Shown piece by piece: positions 48,520 through 57,179 of a stretch of 64,000 nucleotides of DNA. This DNA is from Candidatus Cloacimonadota bacterium (GTDB lineage Bacteria > Muiribacteriota > UBA6191). The translations under genes and the position numbers were made by a program. Under the pieces are notes generated by a model that worked only from the letters and a program-made list of their open reading frames with translations, did not search any database and was not told where the DNA came from. The first letter of the stretch is position 1. Every line of letters begins with the position of its first letter. Location of the stretch: positions 5,349 to 69,348 of the forward strand of contig JACFNL010000006.1 of assembly GCA_019454875.1 (NCBI GenBank). The letters are read 5' to 3'.

Positions 48520-50280
48520 ACCCAGACTTTCCAGTGTGACAAGTGTGTCCTGAAACTCGTTGGGCTTGGTTGTTACTTCAGGATCCAGATTTAAACCCTG
48601 TTTGACCAGTCGGTTAAAATCCTGCCAGACCTGTTGTCCTGGGGTGGCGAGCTTCCGGTCAGAAACTTCGGCTAGAAAGTCGAGCTGGTATACCTTGTTA
48701 TTTTGTAATACAAACACGGATCTTTTGGCGATATAACCCCGGTTCTGCTGACCTGAAGGATGGGGGAATACATAATCTACCAAAAACACCTCATCGCCCC
48801 AGTATTTGTCGGCTACACTGAAATAATCATTCTGGTACCTGGTCGAATAATAGGCTGCAAGGTTACTGCGTAACTGTTCCAAAGTACCGGCTTCCGAGGC
48901 ATTCAGAACAGAAAAGGTTCCTCGAAGGTTACTTTCAGGATCGGGATAGAAGCGGTATTTGGTTGAAGAACGGGAATCAGGATTTTTTTCCCACTTCCAT
49001 TCACTAAGCCCTGATTTTACAACAGGAGCAGGAATCTGATAGAACTCATAGAACCTAAATCCGGCTCCACCAAGAAGCCCAAGGATGGAGATAGCTGCCA
49101 AGTTGCGCACAAATCGAATCATCAGGGTAAAAATTCCAGGACTGTTATTCTGTTGTGTCTGATTGTGGGTATTATTGTTCATTGGTCCATTCTGGCGACG
49201 ATCCCGCCTTTGAATCAGTTCATCGACCTGTGTTTTGCCTGAGTCGGATACCTTAGGTTCTTCCAGGCGGGACAGTTCCTGGGAAATACTTTCTGTTTTC
49301 TGAATCAACTCTTCAAGATCCGCTGAATATGTGTCAGCCACCAGCTCTTTGACGGGCTGTGGTTTTGCTGGCTCACTTTCCAGATTGGCCTTGCGCATCA
49401 TTTCCGCCAAATCGGATTGAGACAGGATTGCATCCGGTTCGGCATCAAGCAGGGGAGCCATCTCAAGTCCAACCGAGACTGGAGCCTGTTTAACCGGAGC
49501 CTGTTTAGCCGGGGGTTCGGGAATTTTGATTTCAGATTCTTTGGTATCAAAAAGATCATCAGTAGATACCTGAATTTCCTTTTGAGTTTTGGCAATCAGG
49601 GCTTGAATATCGTCATGAGAAAGTACAGCGTCACTGTCACTATCCATGGTAGTAGCATTGGCTGCCTCAACTAAAGCAGCAATCTGATCTGGTGATAGGG
49701 GGGCATCGTCGTCAGGGTCCATGGAACTATGCAGAATTGATGGGACTTTAGGTGCGGGAGCAAAGACCTGTGGCTCAGGTTCAAGAGCAGGTGCTGGAGC
49801 TGGTGCTGGGCTTTGGGCTTCACGGATCAATGCCTCTATGTCATCGGAAGACATGATTTCATCTTTACTAGGGCTAGAGGTTTCTACCTTGGCTACAGCT
49901 GGTTCAGGTTCAGGTTCTGGTTCAGGCTGGGGCTCAGGTTGTGGTTCAGGTTCAGGCTTAGCTGCCTGAGTGGTGGATTTAATCAATGCGTCAATATCGC
50001 CTTGACTTAACATTCCATCGTCTGGTTCCATTTTAGAGCTCTGAGGCTCAGGCTTGGGTTCCTCTTGGGCTGGGGAGTCTGTAGCAGAGGCACTAGGAGT
50101 ATCGGCAGTGTCTTTGGTCTCATTCTCTTCGGCTTCTTTAGCCTTGTCTGGATCCTCGGGAGGATTCAAAATATTTTCGTTGGTTGCATTGAGGGTATTT
50201 TCGGGGAATAGGCTGGCTACGGCGTATTTTTCCGCCTCTGTAAATAGATCCTGAATTTCCCGATCGGTGAACTGTGACAT
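48508..50280 (-). CDS. Single-pass membrane protein with disordered N-terminal arm bearing repeated FliM-N-like motifs and an extracytoplasmic C-terminal domain
   Basis: LSQGDIDALI, MSSDDIEALI, LSPDQIAALV, LSHDDIQALI, LSQSDLAEMM; TM near aa 393-410. Confidence 0.75.
   Translation of the reverse strand: MSQFTDREIQDLFTEAEKYAVASLFPENTLNATNENILNPPEDPDKAKEAEENETKDTADTPSASATDSPAQEEPKPEPQSSKMEPDDGMLSQGDIDALIKSTTQAAKPEPEPQPEPQPEPEPEPEPAVAKVETSSPSKDEIMSSDDIEALIREAQSPAPAPAPALEPEPQVFAPAPKVPSILHSSMDPDDDAPLSPDQIAALVEAANATTMDSDSDAVLSHDDIQALIAKTQKEIQVSTDDLFDTKESEIKIPEPPAKQAPVKQAPVSVGLEMAPLLDAEPDAILSQSDLAEMMRKANLESEPAKPQPVKELVADTYSADLEELIQKTESISQELSRLEEPKVSDSGKTQVDELIQRRDRRQNGPMNNNTHNQTQQNNSPGIFTLMIRFVRNLAAISILGLLGGAGFRFYEFYQIPAPVVKSGLSEWKWEKNPDSRSSTKYRFYPDPESNLRGTFSVLNASEAGTLEQLRSNLAAYYSTRYQNDYFSVADKYWGDEVFLVDYVFPHPSGQQNRGYIAKRSVFVLQNNKVYQLDFLAEVSDRKLATPGQQVWQDFNRLVKQGLNLDPEVTTKPNEFQDTLVTLESLGSGV
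49900..49956 (-). repeat. Coding (PE/PQ)n low-complexity repeat
   Basis: CCTGAA-type hexamers encoding PEPEPQPEPQPEPEPEPEP. Confidence 0.8.
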
Positions 50281-50301
50281 AAGTATTATGGTGTCAGTAG
50301 C

Positions 50302-50328
50302 TTATCGGCAGCATATTCTAGTTGCTAG
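50302..50328 (-). promoter_or_regulatory. Putative sigma28-like promoter (perfect -10, weak -35)
   Basis: GCCGATAA at 50309-50302, 21 nt upstream of ATG 50280. Confidence 0.45.
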
Positions 50329-51944
50329 AGGTCCTGTAGAAAATCTTTAATTTGAATTTCAGGAATTTTCAGCAGTTTCTCTTTTGAAACAAAAAGATCA
50401 GAATCATTTAAGTCCTGATTTAAAAATCCCTGATCAAACAGGGATGGCATGGACTGTGATTTACTGCCAGCACTCATTCTGTATTCGGTTGGATTGTAAG
50501 CCACAACTTTAGTATTGAGCCCCTGTCCAAACCGCATTTGAGTGCCAGATTGAAGTTTTGTTGTTTCTATTTTGGTATCTACCGTCAGTTCACCCTGGAC
50601 TACACCGGCTGTGGAATAGTCAGGATGGTGGCGGGCTAGATGGTAACTTCCGATTTTTCCTTCAATCCTGCCATGACTGGTCTGACAGGCAAATGCCTTC
50701 TCTTTGTCCTTAACTGTGATTTTGATACTTCCTGTATCCAGATGAAATTCATTGTGGGCGATAACCCTTAAGTCGGAGGCTGCTTCGAGAACGATGTCGG
50801 CATGTGATGTTTTAAGATAGGCATCTGAACTTGAGGTTCTAAGAAATTCTCCAGCACGAACAGGACTGTTTTGGCCATTTAACTCAAAAAAACCAACAGG
50901 TGGATTAAACTGATCCATGTTTTGCAAAAGACTCATTGTGTTTGTAGTGCTTTTGACTTCGGATACGGTTTCACTTCGGACAGGGTTTATAGTTTTGTAT
51001 ATGGAGCCACAAAAGAAAACTACAATAACTGCCAAAGCTGGTTTCACCAGGGCTGTGGCCTGCTTCTCCTCAACCTGATTTTTCCAGGGCTCAGTACTGA
51101 ATCCATCGGCTTCAGAGTTTTCCAGTTCCTGTTTTTCCTGAAGCTGCCGGATCTCATTTTGTCTGCGGATTGCTTCAATCATCGAGGAAGGTTCTGAGCT
51201 TTTTTCTTTAGGTGGCTCCCATTGGGGGTACAAGGAATGTACATGGGTGTAAATACTTTTTTCTTCAAACCGGTCACGAAAGTCGATTCTTAAACCCTGG
51301 AGAAGTCGATGCATTCTCTGGTGAAAGGGTACAGTATTCAAAATCTGCTGCTTTGAGTTTAGCTGGTCTACAAACTGGGTCAACTCTTCTGCGGCAGTGA
51401 GTGATGGGTCCTTGGCCGGGTGTCCCATTAACTGATCCAGGATTGTATACAGGTGGGCTTCCAGTACGGGTTCAGAAATTCCCAACAAGCGAGCTGTTCT
51501 TTTGGAACCGAGTCCCTCCAGGACACACAAATCAAGCAGAAACTTTCTGGGGCTGGAAAGCTGGGTTCTTCTAAGAATGGAAACGGTATCCCGATCGGGC
51601 AGGGAGTCCTTATCAAAAAACTTGTCCGACAGGGGTTGTAAATGAGTCTCTTCGTAGGCACATTCACGAACCCGGCCCAAAAACGCCTTGGCCGGTTCCG
51701 GTTTGTCCCTCAAAACCAGTTTGAGCGCACCGGTTAGCAGTAGCATATTCAGTGGCTCACTCTTGGATTGCCGGATTTTTGAGTCCCGTAATCGGCCCAA
51801 AATTTCGGCACTCCAGTTCCATGCCAATGACCTATCCTCCGTAAAATAGGTAAAAAAATGGCATAGGCAGGGATTCCCCTCGGTCCAGAGGCTTAAATAA
51901 TCTTCTGCATCAGAAACCTTTGCCATGACGGAATCGTTCTCCAT
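50325..51944 (-). CDS. Degenerate ECF sigma-like domain fused to TM and FecR-like periplasmic domain
   Basis: sigma2-like and sigma4-like (LEGLGSKRTARLLGISE) N-terminus; TM; FecR-like LDTGSI...FACQTSHG...VVQGELTV. Confidence 0.6.
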   Translation of the reverse strand: MENDSVMAKVSDAEDYLSLWTEGNPCLCHFFTYFTEDRSLAWNWSAEILGRLRDSKIRQSKSEPLNMLLLTGALKLVLRDKPEPAKAFLGRVRECAYEETHLQPLSDKFFDKDSLPDRDTVSILRRTQLSSPRKFLLDLCVLEGLGSKRTARLLGISEPVLEAHLYTILDQLMGHPAKDPSLTAAEELTQFVDQLNSKQQILNTVPFHQRMHRLLQGLRIDFRDRFEEKSIYTHVHSLYPQWEPPKEKSSEPSSMIEAIRRQNEIRQLQEKQELENSEADGFSTEPWKNQVEEKQATALVKPALAVIVVFFCGSIYKTINPVRSETVSEVKSTTNTMSLLQNMDQFNPPVGFFELNGQNSPVRAGEFLRTSSSDAYLKTSHADIVLEAASDLRVIAHNEFHLDTGSIKITVKDKEKAFACQTSHGRIEGKIGSYHLARHHPDYSTAGVVQGELTVDTKIETTKLQSGTQMRFGQGLNTKVVAYNPTEYRMSAGSKSQSMPSLFDQGFLNQDLNDSDLFVSKEKLLKIPEIQIKDFLQDL

Positions 51945-52803
51945 TAAACAGGGGATTCACTACAAAAAAACTGGTGGAAATGCTTCGTCCTTCCGGGCCA
52001 GAGCCTTGCCTTTCCCCTTGAAATACCATTTTAGTATGATGATAGACCTTGGTCAGTCTGAGATTAAACTTTGAAGGTTCTTCCTTGTCTCTAAAGTAGG
52101 AGAATTCAAAACCTGGTTCAATACTGAAGTGCTCGATTCGGCCTTCTGCCCCGTGAAGCTGCCCAAATCGATGCGTTTCCTCTCCCTCGCCCGGGCCAGT
52201 CATTCTGGAGACAAAATTCAGTTTTTCCTTGCCGCTTAAATCACTCAGATAGTGTCTATACCAGACTTTTTCACCCTTGACACCAATGTAGTACTCGCGA
52301 ACCTTGGCAGAAATAGGTTCTTCGATGTCCCGGCTGACTACGGCAAATGAATTGAGCATAAATTCAGGATGGTCATTAAGCACCACTTTTTTGTCAAAAA
52401 AGTGGTCGTATTTATCCTCATATTCATAATACATCTGGCCGTTGGCTCCAAATTTTTCCCGAGGCAGCCTTTGGATGGGCAAAACCTCAATTGTGTCAGA
52501 GACAGCGTTGACATCATCATAAACCACACAGGGGAAAAAGCGGGGCTGGATTGGAAATGGTTTTTTGTGCTGGTGTAAATCAACAGGTGCATCGCTTTTG
52601 GTGAATCCTTGAGCATCGTACAAATCCTGTCGCAAAACCATGATGAAATTTTGCATGTCCTTGATTGTGCTTAAGGTTTCTTCACCTTTAAAGGAGTTTC
52701 GTAATGATTCAATAAAATAGGTGTAGATTCCTATCAGAAGAACGGCGGCCACCCCCACTGCAAACACAGCTTCAATCAAGGTAAAACCGTGCCGTGTTTT
52801 CAT
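51910..52803 (-). CDS. Prepilin-type protein (PilW/GspJ-like)
   Basis: RHG|FTLIEAVF; ATGA coupling. Confidence 0.85.
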   Translation of the reverse strand: MKTRHGFTLIEAVFAVGVAAVLLIGIYTYFIESLRNSFKGEETLSTIKDMQNFIMVLRQDLYDAQGFTKSDAPVDLHQHKKPFPIQPRFFPCVVYDDVNAVSDTIEVLPIQRLPREKFGANGQMYYEYEDKYDHFFDKKVVLNDHPEFMLNSFAVVSRDIEEPISAKVREYYIGVKGEKVWYRHYLSDLSGKEKLNFVSRMTGPGEGEETHRFGQLHGAEGRIEHFSIEPGFEFSYFRDKEEPSKFNLRLTKVYHHTKMVFQGERQGSGPEGRSISTSFFVVNPLFNGERFRHGKGF

Positions 52804-53321
52804 TGTAAATATACCTCGTCCCTGGTCATTACGGTTTTTAACTCTAAAGACCGGTTGTATTCGCTGGCTCCAGGGGTTATCCATTCCACACGAACGGCGA
52901 GAACCTTGGCATCGGGCATAGGACGATGGTTTTCACTGGAACCGATGTTGGCAGGATAAATTTTTATCATGCGCCGAAATCGGTCTGGCATTGGAGAAAG
53001 TACAAGTTTACTTAAGGAGCGAATATCGGGATTTTTGAAATCTTCCCATAAGTAGGGGCGGGGCATGGCTGAGATATCAAGCCAGGGGTTTTTTTCGTTT
53101 TCATCCGAAATATTATTGATTCCATCCATACCCAATGACATCTTGATCGTAGTGATACTGTCAACTACCTCACGAGCAATGATCATGGCCTGAATTTCAT
53201 CCAGGCTGGCCTCGGTCTGATGTATAGACTGGCGGAACATAAAAAACATGGGTATGGCCAGAAACAGAAGAAGCATTGAGGCAATGATGATTTCCACCAG
53301 TGAAAATGCTTTTTTACTCAT
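52800..53321 (-). CDS. Prepilin-type protein (PilV/GspI-like)
   Basis: KKA|FSLVEIII; C-terminal FRRMIKI...VRVEW. Confidence 0.85.
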   Translation of the reverse strand: MSKKAFSLVEIIIASMLLLFLAIPMFFMFRQSIHQTEASLDEIQAMIIAREVVDSITTIKMSLGMDGINNISDENEKNPWLDISAMPRPYLWEDFKNPDIRSLSKLVLSPMPDRFRRMIKIYPANIGSSENHRPMPDAKVLAVRVEWITPGASEYNRSLELKTVMTRDEVYLQ

Positions 53322-55668
53322 GCTCAATTCTTTTTTTTCCTTGATTGTGATCATCCAATGCCATTCTATACATTTTCCAGCTGTCTGGAGCAAGTGGATT
53401 TAACCTAGGGTTATAGGTTAATGTAGTGGATGCCTGAAACATGGACAGATCCAGACGGGACACAGCCAGGGATCCCAAAATATGTACAATCTGTTCCGGG
53501 TTGGACTTGCGGATAGTGCCTGAAGAGGTTAGCTGGGCCTCGTAGAGAGTGGGGACTCCGGGGGGAGTGTTACCAGGATTCAAATGAATCTCGGAACATT
53601 CAAATCCTGCGTAAAATCCCTGGGATTCCACGGGAGCGAGATTACACATTCCGGCGACTATGATGCTGCTGTCTCCAGATAACACCACCGGAAGATCAAG
53701 GTTTAAATTGCCCCACAACCCAATTGTGCGCCCCTGGGTATTGAGATAAAACATCCCGCTGCCTCGCTTCAAAATTCCGGCATCCTCAAGTTTTTCCTGT
53801 TTGTCATAAAAAAAGCTGGCTCGTTTCAAAGAGGCGTGGGCCAGGTCATGATAGTCGGGTATTCCCTTCAGATATGCTCCTGTAGGTGTCATACTCTTGG
53901 GGAGCTTCTGAACCCAGGTTTCCTCATCATCCTTGCCAGGAGATGGTCTTAAACTGGGGGGGAAGCTGTAATCAAGAAAACTTTCGTGGGCATGGGGCGG
54001 AAATACCTTATGGGTATAATGAGGGAAATCGATTAAGTGATTTAAATGAACCCGGATTGTTTGGGCCATTATGGATTCATATTCCTGGTACTGAGGTGCA
54101 AGAAGCTCCCAGGAAAAATCGGGCTGGGCCAGCAGGTGGACTGGTTCTTCACAATCTTCCACAAAGTTCATATTGGTCCACTGAAGTGGCAGGGGCTGAT
54201 AAAAGGGAGGATTTTTATTCACAAATTCAAACTCGGTCAGATTGCGAATTATGGCCGAACTTTCAAAATTGTGAACAGATTCAGGCAGGCAGCGGGCTCT
54301 TGAGCGTTCATCGGCATCACTTAGATCCCGGTCTATTCTTAAGGAGCTGAGTTTTGCTATTTCCAGATAGGCTTCTCCTACTGTGTAGGTTCTTGAAGGA
54401 TAGTCTACAGAACCAAACACCTTCAAAAGAGATGATTCCGCAGAATATTGGGGAATATAGTAGGCAGGATTGGCAGGCCCGGTAGTCTCATAAAAGCCTT
54501 CGTAAAGTTCTTCCACCCATACGGATCCGGCATTGTCTGCAAGGGGTGGGGTTTCAGGATCCTCAAAAAAATAGGTAAACATCACTGGCTCGGTAAATCG
54601 TGGAGGGGGATCGAGTCTAATGTAATTTGGCAGACGAATCCTGTTGTCTCCAGTCACTTTGGCCCTGGTAGTAAAATAGTTGCGGTTAAGAATCATGAAC
54701 TGCTGTCCGGCCGCTGCCATTCCCGGAGTCATCTTGAGCACACTGGACTGGGAGTTTCCAAGGTAAAGCCATCCTCTTTGATCAATAGAGGATTTGCTTA
54801 ACTGAAGTTTGTTTGAATCCCTTAAAGAATCAAGGCCTTCCATTGTGTCAGGAGCGGGACCATAAATCTGGAGATCGGTTTTGATTTTTTCATCCTTTAA
54901 AGGACTGTGATACAGAAACATGGGGTAGTTGTACTGATATTTGAGGTTTCCACCCTGGACAATAGGGACTCCGTTAATATCTGTGTACAGCCTCTGGTAA
55001 TTACTAAAATTGGAGTCATTGTGCCAGAGAGTAAATCTGGACAAAACAGGCTGACCCAAGGAGTAGGATACCAGGGTCTTTGTCCTGACGGCCCCGCCTA
55101 TCAGACCCTTAAAATCCACGGATGCGCCAAAGTTCAGGGCACACTGAATCAAGATGCTGTCTTGAAATTCAGACTCTTTGTCCAATCTGGGATGACATGA
55201 GTAGGCCAGTTTTAGCTGGTAGTCCTCTGCTCCGATCTGCTTCAAGAACAAATCCATTGCCTTAACAGTCTGTCCCCGCTTCTTTAGCCATTCCACATTC
55301 TGTTCATGATTAATTTCTCCGTGCCCACCCTTGGGAAGCAATGAGAAGTTTCTGAGGAAGAATCCAAAATAGCCGGCATCTGTGTTGAGGCGATCTGAAT
55401 TGATTGCACTCTCAAGGATTCTGTGATCCTGGGCACCCTCCACGCTGTCGCGAAAACCCAGTATAAACAGTTCCACCAACCCTTCTGCCGCTGTTTTTGC
55501 ACTTTCTGCATAAAACATTCTGTGTGCATCACGATTTTGCTGTAAAGAACGGGAGTGTAGTGTCAAAAAAAGTATTCCAACGACACTAAGGATGCCAAGT
55601 ACTATAAAAAGTACAAAGCCCCGGTTGTGAGAATATAGTCTTTTGGGAAAAATAATTTGCATATCCAC
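53314..55668 (-). CDS. Large PilX/GspK-like minor pilin or tip adhesin
   Basis: NRG|FVLFIVL (no Glu5), AKTAAEG; C-terminal GSLAV...LTYNPRL. Confidence 0.75.
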   Translation of the reverse strand: MDMQIIFPKRLYSHNRGFVLFIVLGILSVVGILFLTLHSRSLQQNRDAHRMFYAESAKTAAEGLVELFILGFRDSVEGAQDHRILESAINSDRLNTDAGYFGFFLRNFSLLPKGGHGEINHEQNVEWLKKRGQTVKAMDLFLKQIGAEDYQLKLAYSCHPRLDKESEFQDSILIQCALNFGASVDFKGLIGGAVRTKTLVSYSLGQPVLSRFTLWHNDSNFSNYQRLYTDINGVPIVQGGNLKYQYNYPMFLYHSPLKDEKIKTDLQIYGPAPDTMEGLDSLRDSNKLQLSKSSIDQRGWLYLGNSQSSVLKMTPGMAAAGQQFMILNRNYFTTRAKVTGDNRIRLPNYIRLDPPPRFTEPVMFTYFFEDPETPPLADNAGSVWVEELYEGFYETTGPANPAYYIPQYSAESSLLKVFGSVDYPSRTYTVGEAYLEIAKLSSLRIDRDLSDADERSRARCLPESVHNFESSAIIRNLTEFEFVNKNPPFYQPLPLQWTNMNFVEDCEEPVHLLAQPDFSWELLAPQYQEYESIMAQTIRVHLNHLIDFPHYTHKVFPPHAHESFLDYSFPPSLRPSPGKDDEETWVQKLPKSMTPTGAYLKGIPDYHDLAHASLKRASFFYDKQEKLEDAGILKRGSGMFYLNTQGRTIGLWGNLNLDLPVVLSGDSSIIVAGMCNLAPVESQGFYAGFECSEIHLNPGNTPPGVPTLYEAQLTSSGTIRKSNPEQIVHILGSLAVSRLDLSMFQASTTLTYNPRLNPLAPDSWKMYRMALDDHNQGKKRIEHE

Positions 55669-55726
55669 ATATAGTTTGCCCGATCTCTGGCGAAAAATAC
55701 AGGGTTACTGATATATACTTGCAGGT

Positions 55727-56425
55727 ATGATCAAACAGATTAATGCGCTTAGAGAACATGAGCTGGCAAGGCAGGAAGCCAGAATCAGGGTAGAAAAGGC
55801 CAGGCAAAGGATTCAAGAAGCCCAGTCCAAGGTGAACGGGCTGTCGCAAGGCATCGAGGATTGCCAAAAAAAAATTCAATCCAAAAATCTGGAACAGAAG
55901 CGGCTGGAGCTGGATTTAAAGGCTTTGGACCAGGAGTTAAAAAGACTGGAGCAGCAAAAACTTGGCGCAGGCAGTGAAAAACTTTTGGAGGCACTGAATT
56001 TAAAAGGCGAGAAGCTTAAAGAATCATCAAGTAGCCTTGAGGACACGATTCTTGAAATTTTGCAGTCCGTGGAAGATCTTCAGACCAGGATGCAGGAAAT
56101 GAGCCTGAGTCTGAAAAAAGAAGAGGCCTTGTTTGAGAGTGGGATCGTGGGCTGGAACGAGGAGTTGCTTGAGGCCCAAAAGACCCTGCATGAAATTACG
56201 CAGGAAGACGAACAGGCTCTGGATGGTCTGAGTGCAGATATGGTTCGTTTGCATACTGCTGCCCACAAGGCTTTAAAGAGAGAATGTGTTATTTTTGCAG
56301 TAACAAGTGAATGTTGTCCTAATTGCGGAATTCATCTGGCACAGAATTCCTATATAGCCATGAGATATCATAATCAGGTTCATCCCTGTCCTTCCTGCCA
56401 GGGAATTTTGTACTACCCAGGCTGA
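55727..56425 (+). CDS. Coiled-coil + C4 zinc-ribbon protein (CT398/FlgZ/DUF164-like)
   Basis: Long coiled coil then CPNC...CPSCQGILY. Confidence 0.85.
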   Translation: MIKQINALREHELARQEARIRVEKARQRIQEAQSKVNGLSQGIEDCQKKIQSKNLEQKRLELDLKALDQELKRLEQQKLGAGSEKLLEALNLKGEKLKESSSSLEDTILEILQSVEDLQTRMQEMSLSLKKEEALFESGIVGWNEELLEAQKTLHEITQEDEQALDGLSADMVRLHTAAHKALKRECVIFAVTSECCPNCGIHLAQNSYIAMRYHNQVHPCPSCQGILYYPG

Positions 56426-56428
56426 TAA

Positions 56429-57163
56429 ATGATGTTAAAACTGTTCCTGGTTCTGACTTTAATTAGTGTTTTTGAGGCCTTGCCCGTTCAGGATGATGCT
56501 TTGCTGTTTAGCCCTGAATCCCGTCAGGCCATGGAACAAATGGCCCAGGAGCTTGAGTTAAGCACGGGGATTCGTTTTTTTGTCCTGGTTGAAGAAACAT
56601 TTCATCTTGAGAATTTTGATTCCAGCTCCCGTTCGGCCTTTGCCCGGTTTATTGAGCCTGTGGCCAATACTCGAGGGGCCATGATTTTTTTGCAGCTCGA
56701 AAAGGGCTCACGCAGGGGAAGGGTCAGTTTTTCCCTGGGGCTAGGGCTTCAGGGTGCCATGGAAAGAGAAGCAGTCCGTGAGATTTTAAAGGATATGATC
56801 CAGGCTTTGAGCCGTGATCAGAACTACCAGAAAAAGCTTGTCGAAGGGGTTTCACGGTTTATCAAAAACCTCAAAGACTATGCCCAAAAAAGCCCGGCTG
56901 TGAGTCCAGATCCTGAAAAACAAAGCACTCTTGAAGTAGAACCGGCGGTTTCATCCAGTAAATTTTTCTGGATTGCTTCTGTTCTTTTGATCTCGTTTAT
57001 TATAAGCTTGGCCTTGTTCGTCTGGTCGCGACGCAAATGTCCGCGTTGTGGGTCCAGACTGCATGTAAACATCCGCCCCCTGTCGCATGGGGAATCTCGG
57101 TATAAACGGATTAAAATCATAAAATGTTTCGATTGCAATTACTTCCGGAAATACCTCTTCTAG
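56429..57163 (+). CDS. TPM-domain membrane protein with C-terminal Zn ribbon
   Basis: VQDDALLFS...LELSTGIRFFV TPM start, TM, CPRC...CFDC. Confidence 0.75.
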   Translation: MMLKLFLVLTLISVFEALPVQDDALLFSPESRQAMEQMAQELELSTGIRFFVLVEETFHLENFDSSSRSAFARFIEPVANTRGAMIFLQLEKGSRRGRVSFSLGLGLQGAMEREAVREILKDMIQALSRDQNYQKKLVEGVSRFIKNLKDYAQKSPAVSPDPEKQSTLEVEPAVSSSKFFWIASVLLISFIISLALFVWSRRKCPRCGSRLHVNIRPLSHGESRYKRIKIIKCFDCNYFRKYLF

Positions 57164-57179
57164 GCTAGAAGGAGCCAGC

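Noticed and set aside
49900-49956. CRISPR-like or non-coding tandem repeat
   Set aside because: The hexamer repeats are in-frame codons of a Pro-Glu linker with no spacers
29675-50350. Shared C-terminal DFLQ motif in the secretin (RDFLQFLGGF) and the sigma-FecR protein (KDFLQDL)
   Set aside because: Too short to separate from chance; DFLQ also occurs internally in the HEAT protein
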